In this document: positions 29,101 to 37,154 of the stretch, in pieces | How the letters are laid out: every line of letters begins with the position of its first letter | How positions within the stretch are numbered: position 1 is the stretch's first letter | Assembly: GCA_033762295.1 (NCBI GenBank) | Contig: JANRLW010000040.1 | Coordinates: forward strand, 1 to 49,855 | Reading direction: 5' to 3' | From: Capsulimonadales bacterium | GTDB lineage: Bacteria > Armatimonadota > Armatimonadia > Armatimonadales > Armatimonadaceae | Length of the DNA: 49,855 nt | Made by a program: the position numbers and the translations under genes | The notes under the pieces: model-generated | What the model was told of the DNA's origin: nothing | Seen by the model: the letters and a program-made list of their open reading frames with translations, nothing else | Databases searched by the model: none

Positions 29101-30216
29101 CAGGGCGGCGATCGCCTGCGCTTCGCCCAATCCGGCGGCGATCAGGCGGCGAACGTTTCGCCGGTACTCGGCGGGCGTCTTCAGCCCCTCGGTCGTCAGC
29201 GCAAACGGGATGCCCGCCCGGGCCAGGGCGGCGGCGGTTCGCGGAATGCTCGCCCGGTAGCGAAGCTGTTGCAGTGTGTTGGCGGCCTCCGTGTTCTCCG
29301 CCCCTTCCGTACCGGACGGTTTCGGCGGCTGCGGCAGGTCCAGAGAGAGGAGAACGGCGGCGTTCTGCGCCTTGAGTTCGGTGGTTACCCGGTAGGCTTC
29401 GAGTCCGCCCTCGATCACGGGACGCAGGTTGAATTCGCGGCAGAATTTGAGAACCCGGCGGATCTCCGTCTGGCGGTCGGCATGGAACACGACGGGCAGG
29501 CTACCGTTTACGACCGGGATCAGAGCGGCGATCGACGGTGGGACGCTCGGGCGAGGGCGGCCCTTCGGGTTTCCGGCATAGGCTTTCTGCCGTTCGTGCG
29601 CCTCTTTCGCATCGTAGAACGCCTGCCGTGTCGCGGCGATCCGGCCCATCAGCGAGGCGGGATACTGGCGTCCGGGGTCGGTTCGGGACCAGTCGACATG
29701 CATCGCGACCGGCGTGGCCAGGACGGGACCGGCGGTTCCGGCGTTTTCGAGGGAGAGGAGGGCGCTCGAACCGGCGACGACACCCTCGTTCGGCGCGACG
29801 AGCGCCGCGCCAAACCCGAGTTTTCGGCGGGCTTCCGAAGCGGAGGCGTCGAACGAATACAGCGCATGGACGGCGTTCTCGGCCTGAATCCGGGCGATGC
29901 GATAGGCTTCGCCGCGCGGCGCGGGCCGTTCCGCAGGGGCCGGCATTCCCAGATGGGTGAAGCCGTCGATCAGGCCCGGGTAGAGGGTGCAGCCGCTGCC
30001 GTCCAGGACCGTCGCGTCCGGCGGAACCGGGATACTCGCGCCGAGGGCCGCGATCAAACCGCCGCGCAGGACGATCGTCCCGCGATCGATGACCTTTCCG
30101 TTGCCCGGCAGGATCTTTGCGTTGGTGATGGCGTAGATATCCGGCGCGTTTTGGGCGGAAGCGAGAACGGGCGACAGGAGAACGACGAGAAGCAGGGCGG
30201 AAACTGAGCGATGCAT
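26140..30216 (-). CDS. Secreted protein with three fused amidohydrolase domains
   Basis: Signal peptide (ASA-Q); three PGLID-type starts (PGLIDGFTH, AGLIDCHSH, PGLFDADS) and three G[ST][LV]ExGK ends. Start moved to ATG 30216. Confidence 0.9.
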   Translation of the reverse strand: MHRSVSALLLVVLLSPVLASAQNAPDIYAITNAKILPGNGKVIDRGTIVLRGGLIAALGASIPVPPDATVLDGSGCTLYPGLIDGFTHLGMPAPAERPAPRGEAYRIARIQAENAVHALYSFDASASEARRKLGFGAALVAPNEGVVAGSSALLSLENAGTAGPVLATPVAMHVDWSRTDPGRQYPASLMGRIAATRQAFYDAKEAHERQKAYAGNPKGRPRPSVPPSIAALIPVVNGSLPVVFHADRQTEIRRVLKFCREFNLRPVIEGGLEAYRVTTELKAQNAAVLLSLDLPQPPKPSGTEGAENTEAANTLQQLRYRASIPRTAAALARAGIPFALTTEGLKTPAEYRRNVRRLIAAGLGEAQAIAALTVTPATLFGVSRQLGTLEPGKIANLVAVSGGSLFDAAGKLKYVFVDGKRTDLDAEPPKSSRTAARESAGGAQTSPAAKEEGAISAPPEVASGPVPPLPSAVPAAFVLRGATVWTSGPAGVLPDADVYVRAGKIVKVGPRLTVPGGTTEIAAAGKHITAGLIDCHSHTAIDGGVNEGTNIVTAECRIEDVLDSDDINIYRQLAGGTTAANILHGSANAIGGQNAVVKWRWGKTADELLIKGALPGIKFALGENPKQSNFSVPGRPRRYPATRSGVEKVIREAFQRARDYRDAQIAFRNGKISAAPPRDLQTETIVELLEGKRVIHSHCYRQDEILMLIRLAQEYGIRIATLQHVLEGYKVADEIAKAGIGGSTFSDWWGYKVEAFDAIPYNSALMAERGVVVSLNSDSDELARRLNLEAARVVRFGGLSAIEALNMVTINPARQLGIDKMTGSVEPGKDADLVVWSGEPLSARSLCEKTFVDGQLLFDRAADLAARGALAAEKQRLLAAETPPGTTPVPPTPAVKLPTIPARPPAGTPVLAGDAPKPALPVPAGPVTAIVGATIHPVTGPPIADGVLLFQGDRITAIGTRTSVPVPGGATVVQGAGMHAYPGLFDADSTTGLIEIDSLSATDDRSEIGDFNPEIKTVHAINPDSERFGVARQAGILTLGVAPRGGTISGTGAVVRTDGWTWEDMTVRAESALYVNFPTLGFRRSGDDGHRCDDLPSEHDESESFRAGGVQRTPNPTESPNAERDARMMALDRLLEDARRYRTARQANDRSLPPVPKDARLEAILPVLDGKLPAFVRADREADIRRAVAWAKANRLKMALVGGQQADRCAELLVAENIPLLFGPVLNLPRFEDSPYEDLYALPGLLARAGVRVLLTAGSAGSGETTRRLPQHAAMAAAFGMAADDALKAITVYPAELFGVQERLGSLEVGKEATLILTTGDILEVTTDVKAAWIRGRSTPLTNRQTRLFEKYRSRPRP

Positions 30217-30464
30217 GAACCGTGAGGGTTCCTTTCCGAACGGGCGAAGAGCCTGGCCTATTATACAGCCTCGGACTGGCAAGTAAACATTCGTCGGGGC
30301 CGGAATCCGGGCTTCCCGTCGAAATTGCCGGAAAAAAGCCGTCTCCGCAATCTATGCATACCTATTTTATATCGTCGGCAGGTAAACGCGTTCTTTTCCG
30401 GATTTCAGGTACTATGATCCCAATCGGGCAGGAGGCCAGAGTACCGAGGAACACGAAACAGACC

Positions 30465-30749
30465 ATGCCGAAACCGAAAACGCCGCTTGTGCCGTTCGTC
30501 GGGGACGAGTCGCCCGCGGAAGGGGCGGACGATCTCGACGTCGAAATCCTGTTGCGCTCGGCTCTGGCGCTCTGCGAATCGAGCGAGCCCTGTGTGGAGT
30601 TCAACCTGGGATTGCTGACGCCGGTGGAAAAGCGCGTGCTTCTGGCGTTGCTCTACCAGCGCCTCGGCTTCGTCGGGGATCTGGCGCGCCGTTTCCTTGG
30701 GGGAGCGGGCTGGGAAAGCATCGATCGTGAGATCTTCCACGCCGTCTGA
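30465..30749 (+). CDS. Hypothetical protein
   Basis: ATG preceded by GAGGA; genome-like codon usage. Confidence 0.6.
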   Translation: MPKPKTPLVPFVGDESPAEGADDLDVEILLRSALALCESSEPCVEFNLGLLTPVEKRVLLALLYQRLGFVGDLARRFLGGAGWESIDREIFHAV

Positions 30750-30786
30750 GCGAGTCCGTCCGAAACGGTAGGTAGAAAGAACGCTG

Positions 30787-31047
30787 ATGCCTGCGAAAGT
30801 TTCCCGACCGGCGCCCGCCGCGTCCTCCACGGTGCAAAACGCCCCGGATCAACGTCCGGTCTGGCTGCTGGTCGTGCTGGTGCTGGCGGTAATGGCGCTT
30901 CTGGGATGGTACGCCTTCCTCAGTGCGCCGCCGGTGGCCCGGCCCGGGACCGCTCCGACCGATAAGACCGCCCCGACCGATAAGACCGCTCCGACGAGGG
31001 CGGTTCCCGTCTCCTCACCGGCCCCGGCGCGTCCGACCGTCCCGTGA
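30787..31047 (+). CDS. Small single-pass membrane protein with a Pro/Thr-rich tail
   Basis: TM helix VWLLVVLVLAVMALLGWYAFL; TAPTDK repeats. Confidence 0.65.
   Translation: MPAKVSRPAPAASSTVQNAPDQRPVWLLVVLVLAVMALLGWYAFLSAPPVARPGTAPTDKTAPTDKTAPTRAVPVSSPAPARPTVP
30948..30995 (+). repeat. 18-bp tandem repeat, about 2.7 copies (GACCGCYCCGACCGATAA)
   Basis: Read directly; in frame, encodes TAPTDK. Confidence 0.9.
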
Positions 31048-31091
31048 CGGGTCGGTTACTGCGACCCGGACGGGTCGGTTACTGCGACGCG
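31046..31091. repeat. 23-bp tandem duplication (GACGGGTCGGTTACTGCGACSCG x2)
   Basis: Read directly; duplicates the last codons and stop of the TMEM14 gene. Confidence 0.9.
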
Positions 31092-31417
31092 TTGCGCGCC
31101 GAACCGTTCCAGGCCAGGAGGGTCAGAACGAGAACGATCACGCTGAGAGCGATCGACGGGAAGGCGGGCATCGGTTTTTGCGTCACGGAGTACCGATAGG
31201 CGAAAAAGATGCCTACGGCCACAGCGTCCAGCAAGCCGATAATCAATCCGGCGCGCGGATTGCGCGTGAGAAGCGCTCCGGCAACCACGGCGACGATTCC
31301 GAACGCGAGGCTGCCGAGGAGTGAGGAGGGCTTCTTCGAGACGACCGACCCCATGACTCCGCCCCCGACCAGCGTCGCGGCATAGATATAGTAAACGATT
31401 GGCAGAAACTTTAACAC
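31079..31417 (-). CDS. TMEM14 family small membrane protein
   Basis: YAATLVGGGVMG..SKKPSSLLGS...FAYRYSVTQKPMPA pattern; four TM helices. Confidence 0.8.
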   Translation of the reverse strand: MLKFLPIVYYIYAATLVGGGVMGSVVSKKPSSLLGSLAFGIVAVVAGALLTRNPRAGLIIGLLDAVAVGIFFAYRYSVTQKPMPAFPSIALSVIVLVLTLLAWNGSARNASQ

Positions 31418-31622
31418 GGCGGATCTTCCCGGTACGTCCGTACAAACGACGGCATCACGTACCCGGATTCAGTGTACCGCCCCGAAACGGGATATGGCAC
31501 CTTCCGACCCACGGGTTTTTCATAACGAAGCCCCGGATTTATGACAGGTTAAACCCCCTGGCATTCATGGAAGAACCAGACAAGAAACCTCTATTATCGG
31601 GGAAATGATAGGATTTAAGGGA

Positions 31623-31958
31623 ATGATTCGTGTACAGCCGACTACCGCAAATGGCAACCGATTGCTGATCGGAAGCGATCTGAAAGATGCTGCGGACGCA
31701 CGTCGGGAAGTGGAAGAGTGGATGCACCGGAACCATTGCGTGTTGCCGGCGAACGCACGTCACCTGACCGTTTTCGAGAATGGCGTCGTGGTGCGGGAAT
31801 GGGTGCTTGTCGAGCGCGTACCGGTACCGGTGACCGTGCCGCCGACCACCCCGGACCGACCCTCGACGAACCTGCGCGCCGGTCTTCGCCGACTGACCAC
31901 GCCGGAGTCCGGCCCCACCAACTTCGGTCCGTTGCCGACTCTGCAAAGCGCCGTCTGA
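31623..31958 (+). CDS. Hypothetical protein
   Basis: RBS AAGGGA before ATG 31623; AT-rich promoter-like region upstream. Confidence 0.65.
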   Translation: MIRVQPTTANGNRLLIGSDLKDAADARREVEEWMHRNHCVLPANARHLTVFENGVVVREWVLVERVPVPVTVPPTTPDRPSTNLRAGLRRLTTPESGPTNFGPLPTLQSAV

Positions 31959-32027
31959 TCCGGGAGATAAGGCCGGGAAAGGACTCCTCGTTCCCGCCGC
32001 CGGATCGGACCACGATATAATGATGCC

Positions 32028-32483
32028 GTGGAACCGAAAACGGTCGCGATCGATCTGGTGCTGGTCTCGGATGACCTGATCTTCCCCTCACGGGTACGCG
32101 AGGGCATCCGTCCCCTGAGCGGGCGGGTGCGGGTCGTCAGCACGGCGGAAGCCGCTCTGCAGGCAGCCCGGAACCCACCTCGCCCCCGGGCGATCCTTCT
32201 GAACCTGACGGCGCGCCGGTACGATCCGGTCGCGCTGATCGCCGCTTTCAAAGCGGACCCCGAAACAAAAAACCTCCCTCTGATCGCGTTCGCCGGGCAC
32301 GCCGAAACGGAGAAGCATCGCGCGGCCCGTGAGGCCGGTGCGGATCGTACCGTCGCCAACTCCTCCGTCGCGCTGCATCTTCCGCAGGTGCTCCGTCGCC
32401 TTCTGCCGGACGACGGGACGGCCCTTCCCCCGGATCGGGCCGACGATATCCTGGAGATCGACGAGGCGTCCGATGAGCGCTGA
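32028..32483 (+). CDS. Atypical response-regulator receiver-like protein
   Basis: LVSDD...PRAILLNL...DPETKNLPLIAFAGH...AREAGAD (CheY-like pattern). Confidence 0.75.
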   Translation: MEPKTVAIDLVLVSDDLIFPSRVREGIRPLSGRVRVVSTAEAALQAARNPPRPRAILLNLTARRYDPVALIAAFKADPETKNLPLIAFAGHAETEKHRAAREAGADRTVANSSVALHLPQVLRRLLPDDGTALPPDRADDILEIDEASDER

Positions 32484-32982
32484 CCGTGCGACGAGCGGAA
32501 CCCTGCCGGACGTCCGGGCGGCGCAATCGGAACTGGGCCGACGTTACCTGCGCGCCGTTCTCTCATTGCTGATCCGGATCGTGGCACTGGCGCTTCTGGA
32601 GGCGATCGTTTTCGCGCAGTTCCCCGGACTGAGTCCGTTGCGCTGGCTGGCCGATATGGTCGCCGGCGTTCTCGCGCTCTGGCCGTTCTTCCTATCCGTG
32701 GGTCGTCTTTACGGGCATCGGATCGCTCTCGGGACGCGCTTCTCGGAGGCCGGTCGCCCTGCCGAGGCCGCGCGCCTGCTGGCCCCGGTGGATGGCTGGA
32801 GGGCGCGTTTCTTCGATCCGACGGGGGAGGGATTGTACCGCCGGGGCATGGCGCTGGACGAGATGGGGGAAACCTCGGAGGCGGTTCGGGTGCTCGAACA
32901 GGCGGCGGGGACGGCGGGACCCTGGGGGGAGAAAGCGCGAGCGCGTCTGTCGGAGCGGGATGGAAAGAGGGCGGAAATTTGA
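32473..32982 (+). CDS. Membrane protein with a C-terminal TPR-like region
   Basis: Two TM helices; GEGLYRRGMALDEMGETSEA; overlaps the upstream stop. Confidence 0.7.
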   Translation: MSADRATSGTLPDVRAAQSELGRRYLRAVLSLLIRIVALALLEAIVFAQFPGLSPLRWLADMVAGVLALWPFFLSVGRLYGHRIALGTRFSEAGRPAEAARLLAPVDGWRARFFDPTGEGLYRRGMALDEMGETSEAVRVLEQAAGTAGPWGEKARARLSERDGKRAEI

Positions 32983-33227
32983 TGCGGGAGAACGGAAACG
33001 GCAGCGGGGATGAAACGGGCCGGCGGTGGAGCTTTCGCGCCAAAGCGGTTCTGTGGAGCGTAATCTCGATCGTGGCGGGGGCGCTCGGGGGATGGATCGG
33101 GCAGTCTCTGTCCGCGCCGTTCTATTTCGGGTTTTTCTTTACGTGGGTGCTGGTCGGACTGATCGGTATGTTCGCCCTGGCCGTGCATGTCACGCAGGAG
33201 CAGGAGCGTCGGAGCGGAAAACGATGA
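32982..33227 (+). CDS. Small two-TM membrane protein
   Basis: Translationally coupled (TGATG upstream, ATGA downstream); two hydrophobic helices. Confidence 0.7.
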   Translation: MRENGNGSGDETGRRWSFRAKAVLWSVISIVAGALGGWIGQSLSAPFYFGFFFTWVLVGLIGMFALAVHVTQEQERRSGKR

Positions 33228-34192
33228 ACGGTCTCTATCCCGACATCGAGCCGCTGGAAACGGGCCAACTCGCGGTCGGCGACGGGCATCGGCTGTACTG
33301 GGAGGTCTGCGGGCATCCGGCCGGAAAGCCGGTGGTCGTTCTCCACGGGGGGCCGGGTTCCGGATGTACGCCCGGTCACCGTCGTTTTTTCGATCCGTCG
33401 GCCTATCGGATCGTTCTGTTCGACCAGCGCGGCTGCGGACGGAGTGTGCCGCAGGCGGGCGATTTTTCCGTCGACCTGTCGAGCAACACGACACATCATC
33501 TGATTGCCGACCTCGAGCGGTTACGGACGCATCTGGGGATCGACCGCTGGATGGTGTTCGGCGGCTCGTGGGGTTCGACGCTCGGTCTGGCGTATGCGCA
33601 ACGGTATCCGGAACGGGTGACGGAGATGGTGCTGGCGGGCGTGACGATGACGCGCCCGTCGGAGATCCGCTGGCTGTACCGGACGGTCGCGCCGCTGTTT
33701 CCGGAGGCCTGGGCGCGTTTCCGGGCGGGGGTGCCGGAAGCGGAGCGGGACGGCGACCTGGTGGAGGCGTACTATCGGCTCCTGCGGCATCCGGACGCGG
33801 CGGTTCGGGAGCGAGCGGTACAGGACTGGTGCGACTGGGAGACTTCGCTGGAATCGGTCGATCCGAACCATCGGGCGAGCGCGCGTCGGCTGACCCCGGA
33901 GTTCCGAAGGACATTCGCGCGTCTGGTAACGCACTACTTTTACCATCGCGCCTGGCTGGAGGACGGAGAGTTGTTGCGGAACGCGCACCGTCTGGCGGGG
34001 ATTCCGGGCATACTGGTGCAGGGGCGTCTGGACCTGGCCGGTCCGCTGGTGACGGCATGGGAACTGGCCCGGGCATGGCCGGACGCGGAACTGGTGATCG
34101 TCCGTAACGCCGGGCATACGACGAGCGATCCGGGGATGCCGGAATCGATCATCGCGGCGACGGACCGTTTCGCGCACTCCGGAACCGGGTGA
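33224..34192 (+). CDS. pip: Proline iminopeptidase
   Basis: LYPDIEP, LHGGPGSG, FDQRGCGRS, GGSWGSTL, QGRLD, AGH; ATG at 33224. Confidence 0.95.
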   Translation: MNGLYPDIEPLETGQLAVGDGHRLYWEVCGHPAGKPVVVLHGGPGSGCTPGHRRFFDPSAYRIVLFDQRGCGRSVPQAGDFSVDLSSNTTHHLIADLERLRTHLGIDRWMVFGGSWGSTLGLAYAQRYPERVTEMVLAGVTMTRPSEIRWLYRTVAPLFPEAWARFRAGVPEAERDGDLVEAYYRLLRHPDAAVRERAVQDWCDWETSLESVDPNHRASARRLTPEFRRTFARLVTHYFYHRAWLEDGELLRNAHRLAGIPGILVQGRLDLAGPLVTAWELARAWPDAELVIVRNAGHTTSDPGMPESIIAATDRFAHSGTG

Positions 34193-34238
34193 AAAATCCG
34201 GAAAATCATGGTAGAGTAGAGCGTCTTTTTCCCCTTTT

Positions 34239-34310
34239 GCCGGTGTAGCTCAGTGGTAGAGCGGCTGTTTTGTAAACAGCGGGTCGCGGGTTCGAGTCCT
34301 GTCGCCGGCT
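34239..34310 (+). tRNA. tRNA-Thr(TGT)
   Basis: Acceptor stem GCCGGTG/CGCCGGC, D-arm GCTCAGTGGTAGAGC, anticodon arm GCTGT-TTTGTAA-ACAGC, GGTTCGAGTCC; CCA not encoded. Confidence 0.97.
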
Positions 34311-34339
34311 TTCCTCCAGCCAGAGCGTTAATCCTAGCG

Positions 34340-34613
34340 GACCGGGAGAGCCTGACCTTCCGCTTCGGTGCCCTTCTCGTGCAGTGGGCACGGGACGAAG
34401 CCGCCCGCCGCCGGCGAACCGTGACCTTGCAGCAGGGGATGCTCTCCTTTCGTACGGTTCCTGCTTCTCTGAAAGTCGGGGACCTGACCGACGCGATCAA
34501 CACCGCGCGCCGCCTGCCCGGACGCGGTCCACACCGTGGAGGAACTCGACCGCAAAGCGTCCCTCGATGACGCATCGCGCCTGTTTGACGAAACCGGAGA
34601 CCGGCGCGAGTAA
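34340..34613 (+). pseudogene. 5'-truncated, frameshifted Gam/Gp157-like phage protein remnant
   Basis: DRESLTFRFGALLVQWARDEAARRRRTVTLQQGMLSFRTVPASLKV..., +1 shift near 34511, then ACPDAVHTVEELDRKASL...ETG. No start codon. Confidence 0.5.
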
Positions 34614-34675
34614 CGCCGGTCAACCGGGGCGGCGACATGAAGGAGTTCGCCCGGTCGCCGGCGAACCTTGTAACC

Positions 34676-35917
34676 ATGGAATCCCGCCCTTTTTTCTACC
34701 GATACCGCCATCTGGCGGCGTTACTCTGCCTGGCGGCGTGCGGCGGCTTCCTCTTCGGGACGTTCCGCGAACGCCTCGCGACCCACGCCCCCGCTGCGCC
34801 GCCTTTGACGCTTTCGCCCTCACCTGCCCCACCGGTCCCGTCGGCCGGGGATGACCTGGAGCGCGAACTGGGGCGATACCGGGCGGATCTGGCCGACGCG
34901 GAGACGGACGAACAGCGGACCGCGCTGGCGGACAGGTTCTGGGACCTGGGGATGCGGGCGCACTTCCGGGACAAGGGGCAGGGGCGCGTCACGGTGGCGG
35001 CGCTCGAGGAAGCGGTGCGCCTGTTTGACCACTTGGGTGACGCGCCCAAGCGGGCGGAGTGCCGCATCGTTCTCGCCGACGCAGTGCATTTGCGCGGCAA
35101 CCCGGACCGGGCGCGCGCCCTCTGGTCCGAGGCACTGCCCGACATCCGCGCCGAGGCCGACCCTGTGCGGGTGGCAGCGGGTCTGTCCCGGGGCGGCGAC
35201 TTTTGCCGGTCGATGGGCGACTACGATGCCGCCCGGAAACTGCTGAACGAGGCGCTGGCCCGGCTCGGCCCGAACGGCGACCGCAAGGAGACCGCCCACG
35301 CCCTCCGGTACCTGGCCCTGGTGGAGTCGGATCAGGGGCATTACCGGGAAGCCGAATCCTGCGCCCGGCGGTCGCTCGATCTGCTGGCAAAGCTCGGCGA
35401 GACCGAGACCGGCGCGGCGGTGCGGGGCATCCTCGGCGATGTTTACCTTCGGCTGGGACGATTCGAGGAAGCGGACCGGGAGTACCGCCGGGGTCTGTCG
35501 GTCTGGCAGGAGCGGAAGCAGGGGTACTGGACGGCGGCCTTTCTGGCACGGCGGGCGCGGGTAGCAGTTTACCGGGGCGACGGGGACACGGCGGCGCGGC
35601 TGGCCTCGGAAAGCCTTTCTCTTTATGAGATGTCCAATGGGGCGGCACAGCGCTTCCAAGCTCTGGACGTTCTGGGCAAGGCGGCGGCGATGCGGGGCGA
35701 TGCCCGTGAGGCGGTCACCCTGCACCGTGATGCGCTGGCATTGCGCCGGAAGACGCACAACCCGCGCGTGATCGCCGAGGGGCTGGAATCGCTGGCGGCG
35801 TCCCTGGCGAATTTGGTGGCGGCAAGCGGCGAGGCGGCCTCCCTGCGGGCCGAGGCGAAACAACTGCGCCAGGCGGCAGGAACCCCCGTGCCACTTGCGG
35901 ATCGTCCGGCGCGTTAA
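34676..35917 (+). CDS. Membrane-anchored TPR (MalT/AfsR-type) protein
   Basis: N-terminal hydrophobic helix, Pro-rich linker and long TPR repeats; start is 34676 or 34637. Confidence 0.85.
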   Translation: MESRPFFYRYRHLAALLCLAACGGFLFGTFRERLATHAPAAPPLTLSPSPAPPVPSAGDDLERELGRYRADLADAETDEQRTALADRFWDLGMRAHFRDKGQGRVTVAALEEAVRLFDHLGDAPKRAECRIVLADAVHLRGNPDRARALWSEALPDIRAEADPVRVAAGLSRGGDFCRSMGDYDAARKLLNEALARLGPNGDRKETAHALRYLALVESDQGHYREAESCARRSLDLLAKLGETETGAAVRGILGDVYLRLGRFEEADREYRRGLSVWQERKQGYWTAAFLARRARVAVYRGDGDTAARLASESLSLYEMSNGAAQRFQALDVLGKAAAMRGDAREAVTLHRDALALRRKTHNPRVIAEGLESLAASLANLVAASGEAASLRAEAKQLRQAAGTPVPLADRPAR

Positions 35918-35976
35918 GCCTTCTACCGTTTCTTTTTCCAAACCGGGAAAAATAGGTGGTGTTTATTGGCATAACA

Positions 35977-36051
35977 GAGCCGGGGACACGTGCCCTTCTC
36001 GACCTTGTCGGTCTGCCGCTTGTGGCGAGCCGAGCGAGACGACCGAAGTAG
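35977..36051 (+). pseudogene. Orphan, decayed PEP-CTERM tail
   Basis: EPGTRALLDLVGLPLVASRARRPK*; 24 bp (36003-36026) are identical to 37841-37864. Confidence 0.75.
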
Positions 36052-36150
36052 CTCCCTTCTCCCCTTTGGCAAGGGGAAGAGACCGAAAAATAGGGCATGG
36101 GACAACGACGCTGCTACCGCGATATACTGCCAGTGAAGGACACAATACCC

Positions 36151-36354
36151 GTGCAAACCACAACCACACCAACCAATACCGTTGCTGACAAAGAGGAATT
36201 GAAGCAGATTCTTCAAGGCGTTTATGCGCGTCTTGGCATTGCTTATGATAAAACGGCGACCGCGCAACAAGCCCGTGAACTCATGCTCAAAGACGGAGTG
36301 CGACCCGAAGACAACAGCCTCTCCTGCGCGATTGTTGCCGCACGGAACGAATAG
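36151..36354 (+). CDS. Putative antitoxin
   Basis: 67-aa ORF with RBS GAAGGA, ending 6 bp before a PIN toxin gene. Confidence 0.7.
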   Translation: MQTTTTPTNTVADKEELKQILQGVYARLGIAYDKTATAQQARELMLKDGVRPEDNSLSCAIVAARNE

Positions 36355-36360
36355 TCGTCC

Positions 36361-36858
36361 ATGACCACCGTCCACCTTCTCTGGGATGCCAGCGCAGTGG
36401 CAAAACGGTATGCGCCCGAAGTTGGCAGTGACGTGGTGGAGGAATTGTTCCAGGCGGCTCCGCTGCTGCGCCCTGTCCTGACCGTTCCTGGCTATGCTGA
36501 AATTGTCGCGCTTCTGCAACGCAAGAAAAATGCCGGTGCGATTTCTGTAACTACCTTCCAAACGGCGGTTTCCTCATTGCAGAGTGACTTTTTGATGAAC
36601 CCGGACGCGGTTTTGCTCACCGTCACCGACGCCATTATCTTTGCCAGTATCCCGTTTATCGAACAGTACAACGTTAACTCGTCGGATGCGGCGATTCTGA
36701 CCTCTTTCAACAACTATCGCCTGACGGTGGCGGAAAAAACCTTACTTGTTGTCTCAGACAAACGCCTCCTGCGTGCCGCACAGACGGAAGGCCTTGCCAC
36801 GCTCGACCCGGAGCAGGTTTCCGTATCTGACATCACCTCACTTCTGACAAACCTTTAA
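36361..36858 (+). CDS. vapC: PIN-domain (VapC-like) toxin
   Basis: WDASAVAKRYAPEVGS, YAEI, NSSDAAIL, VSDKRLLRAAQTEGL. Confidence 0.88.
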   Translation: MTTVHLLWDASAVAKRYAPEVGSDVVEELFQAAPLLRPVLTVPGYAEIVALLQRKKNAGAISVTTFQTAVSSLQSDFLMNPDAVLLTVTDAIIFASIPFIEQYNVNSSDAAILTSFNNYRLTVAEKTLLVVSDKRLLRAAQTEGLATLDPEQVSVSDITSLLTNL

Positions 36859-36983
36859 CCTGCCGCGCCGGAACCGGGGACGGTTTCATGGGTGCGCCGT
36901 TTCGTGGCGTGCCTTACCGGTCGGCCAGTGTGTCAGGGTCTTTCCGACGAACTTTTTTTCGGACCGGCATTATAGGCAGGTCT

Positions 36984-37017
36984 TGTGGCAGTCCTGTGGC
37001 AGTCGGACGGTTACAAT
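36984..37017 (+). promoter_or_regulatory. SARP-type promoter 1
   Basis: TGTGGCAGT at 36984 and 36995 (11-bp period), 8-bp gap, TACAAT at 37012. Confidence 0.75.
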
Positions 37018-37154
37018 GGACGCGATAACCTGTCCCCACCCGATTCGCAACAAGGAAAGCGGACGCGAGTACCCGATGGGTCTTGGAAACGGGCGGTTCC
37101 TGACCAGGGGCCAGGGGTTGTGGTTGCCTATAACTTTCAAGGAGTACCAAACTC

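Noticed and set aside
34253..34570. 105-aa ORF from the track
   Set aside because: It starts inside the tRNA; only its middle part is treated as a pseudogene fragment.
37020..37154. Possible c-di-GMP riboswitch in the PEP-CTERM leader (GAAA, GACGC, GGTTGCC fragments)
   Set aside because: I could not build the P1/P2 stems or a tetraloop receptor by eye; an Rfam scan would be needed.
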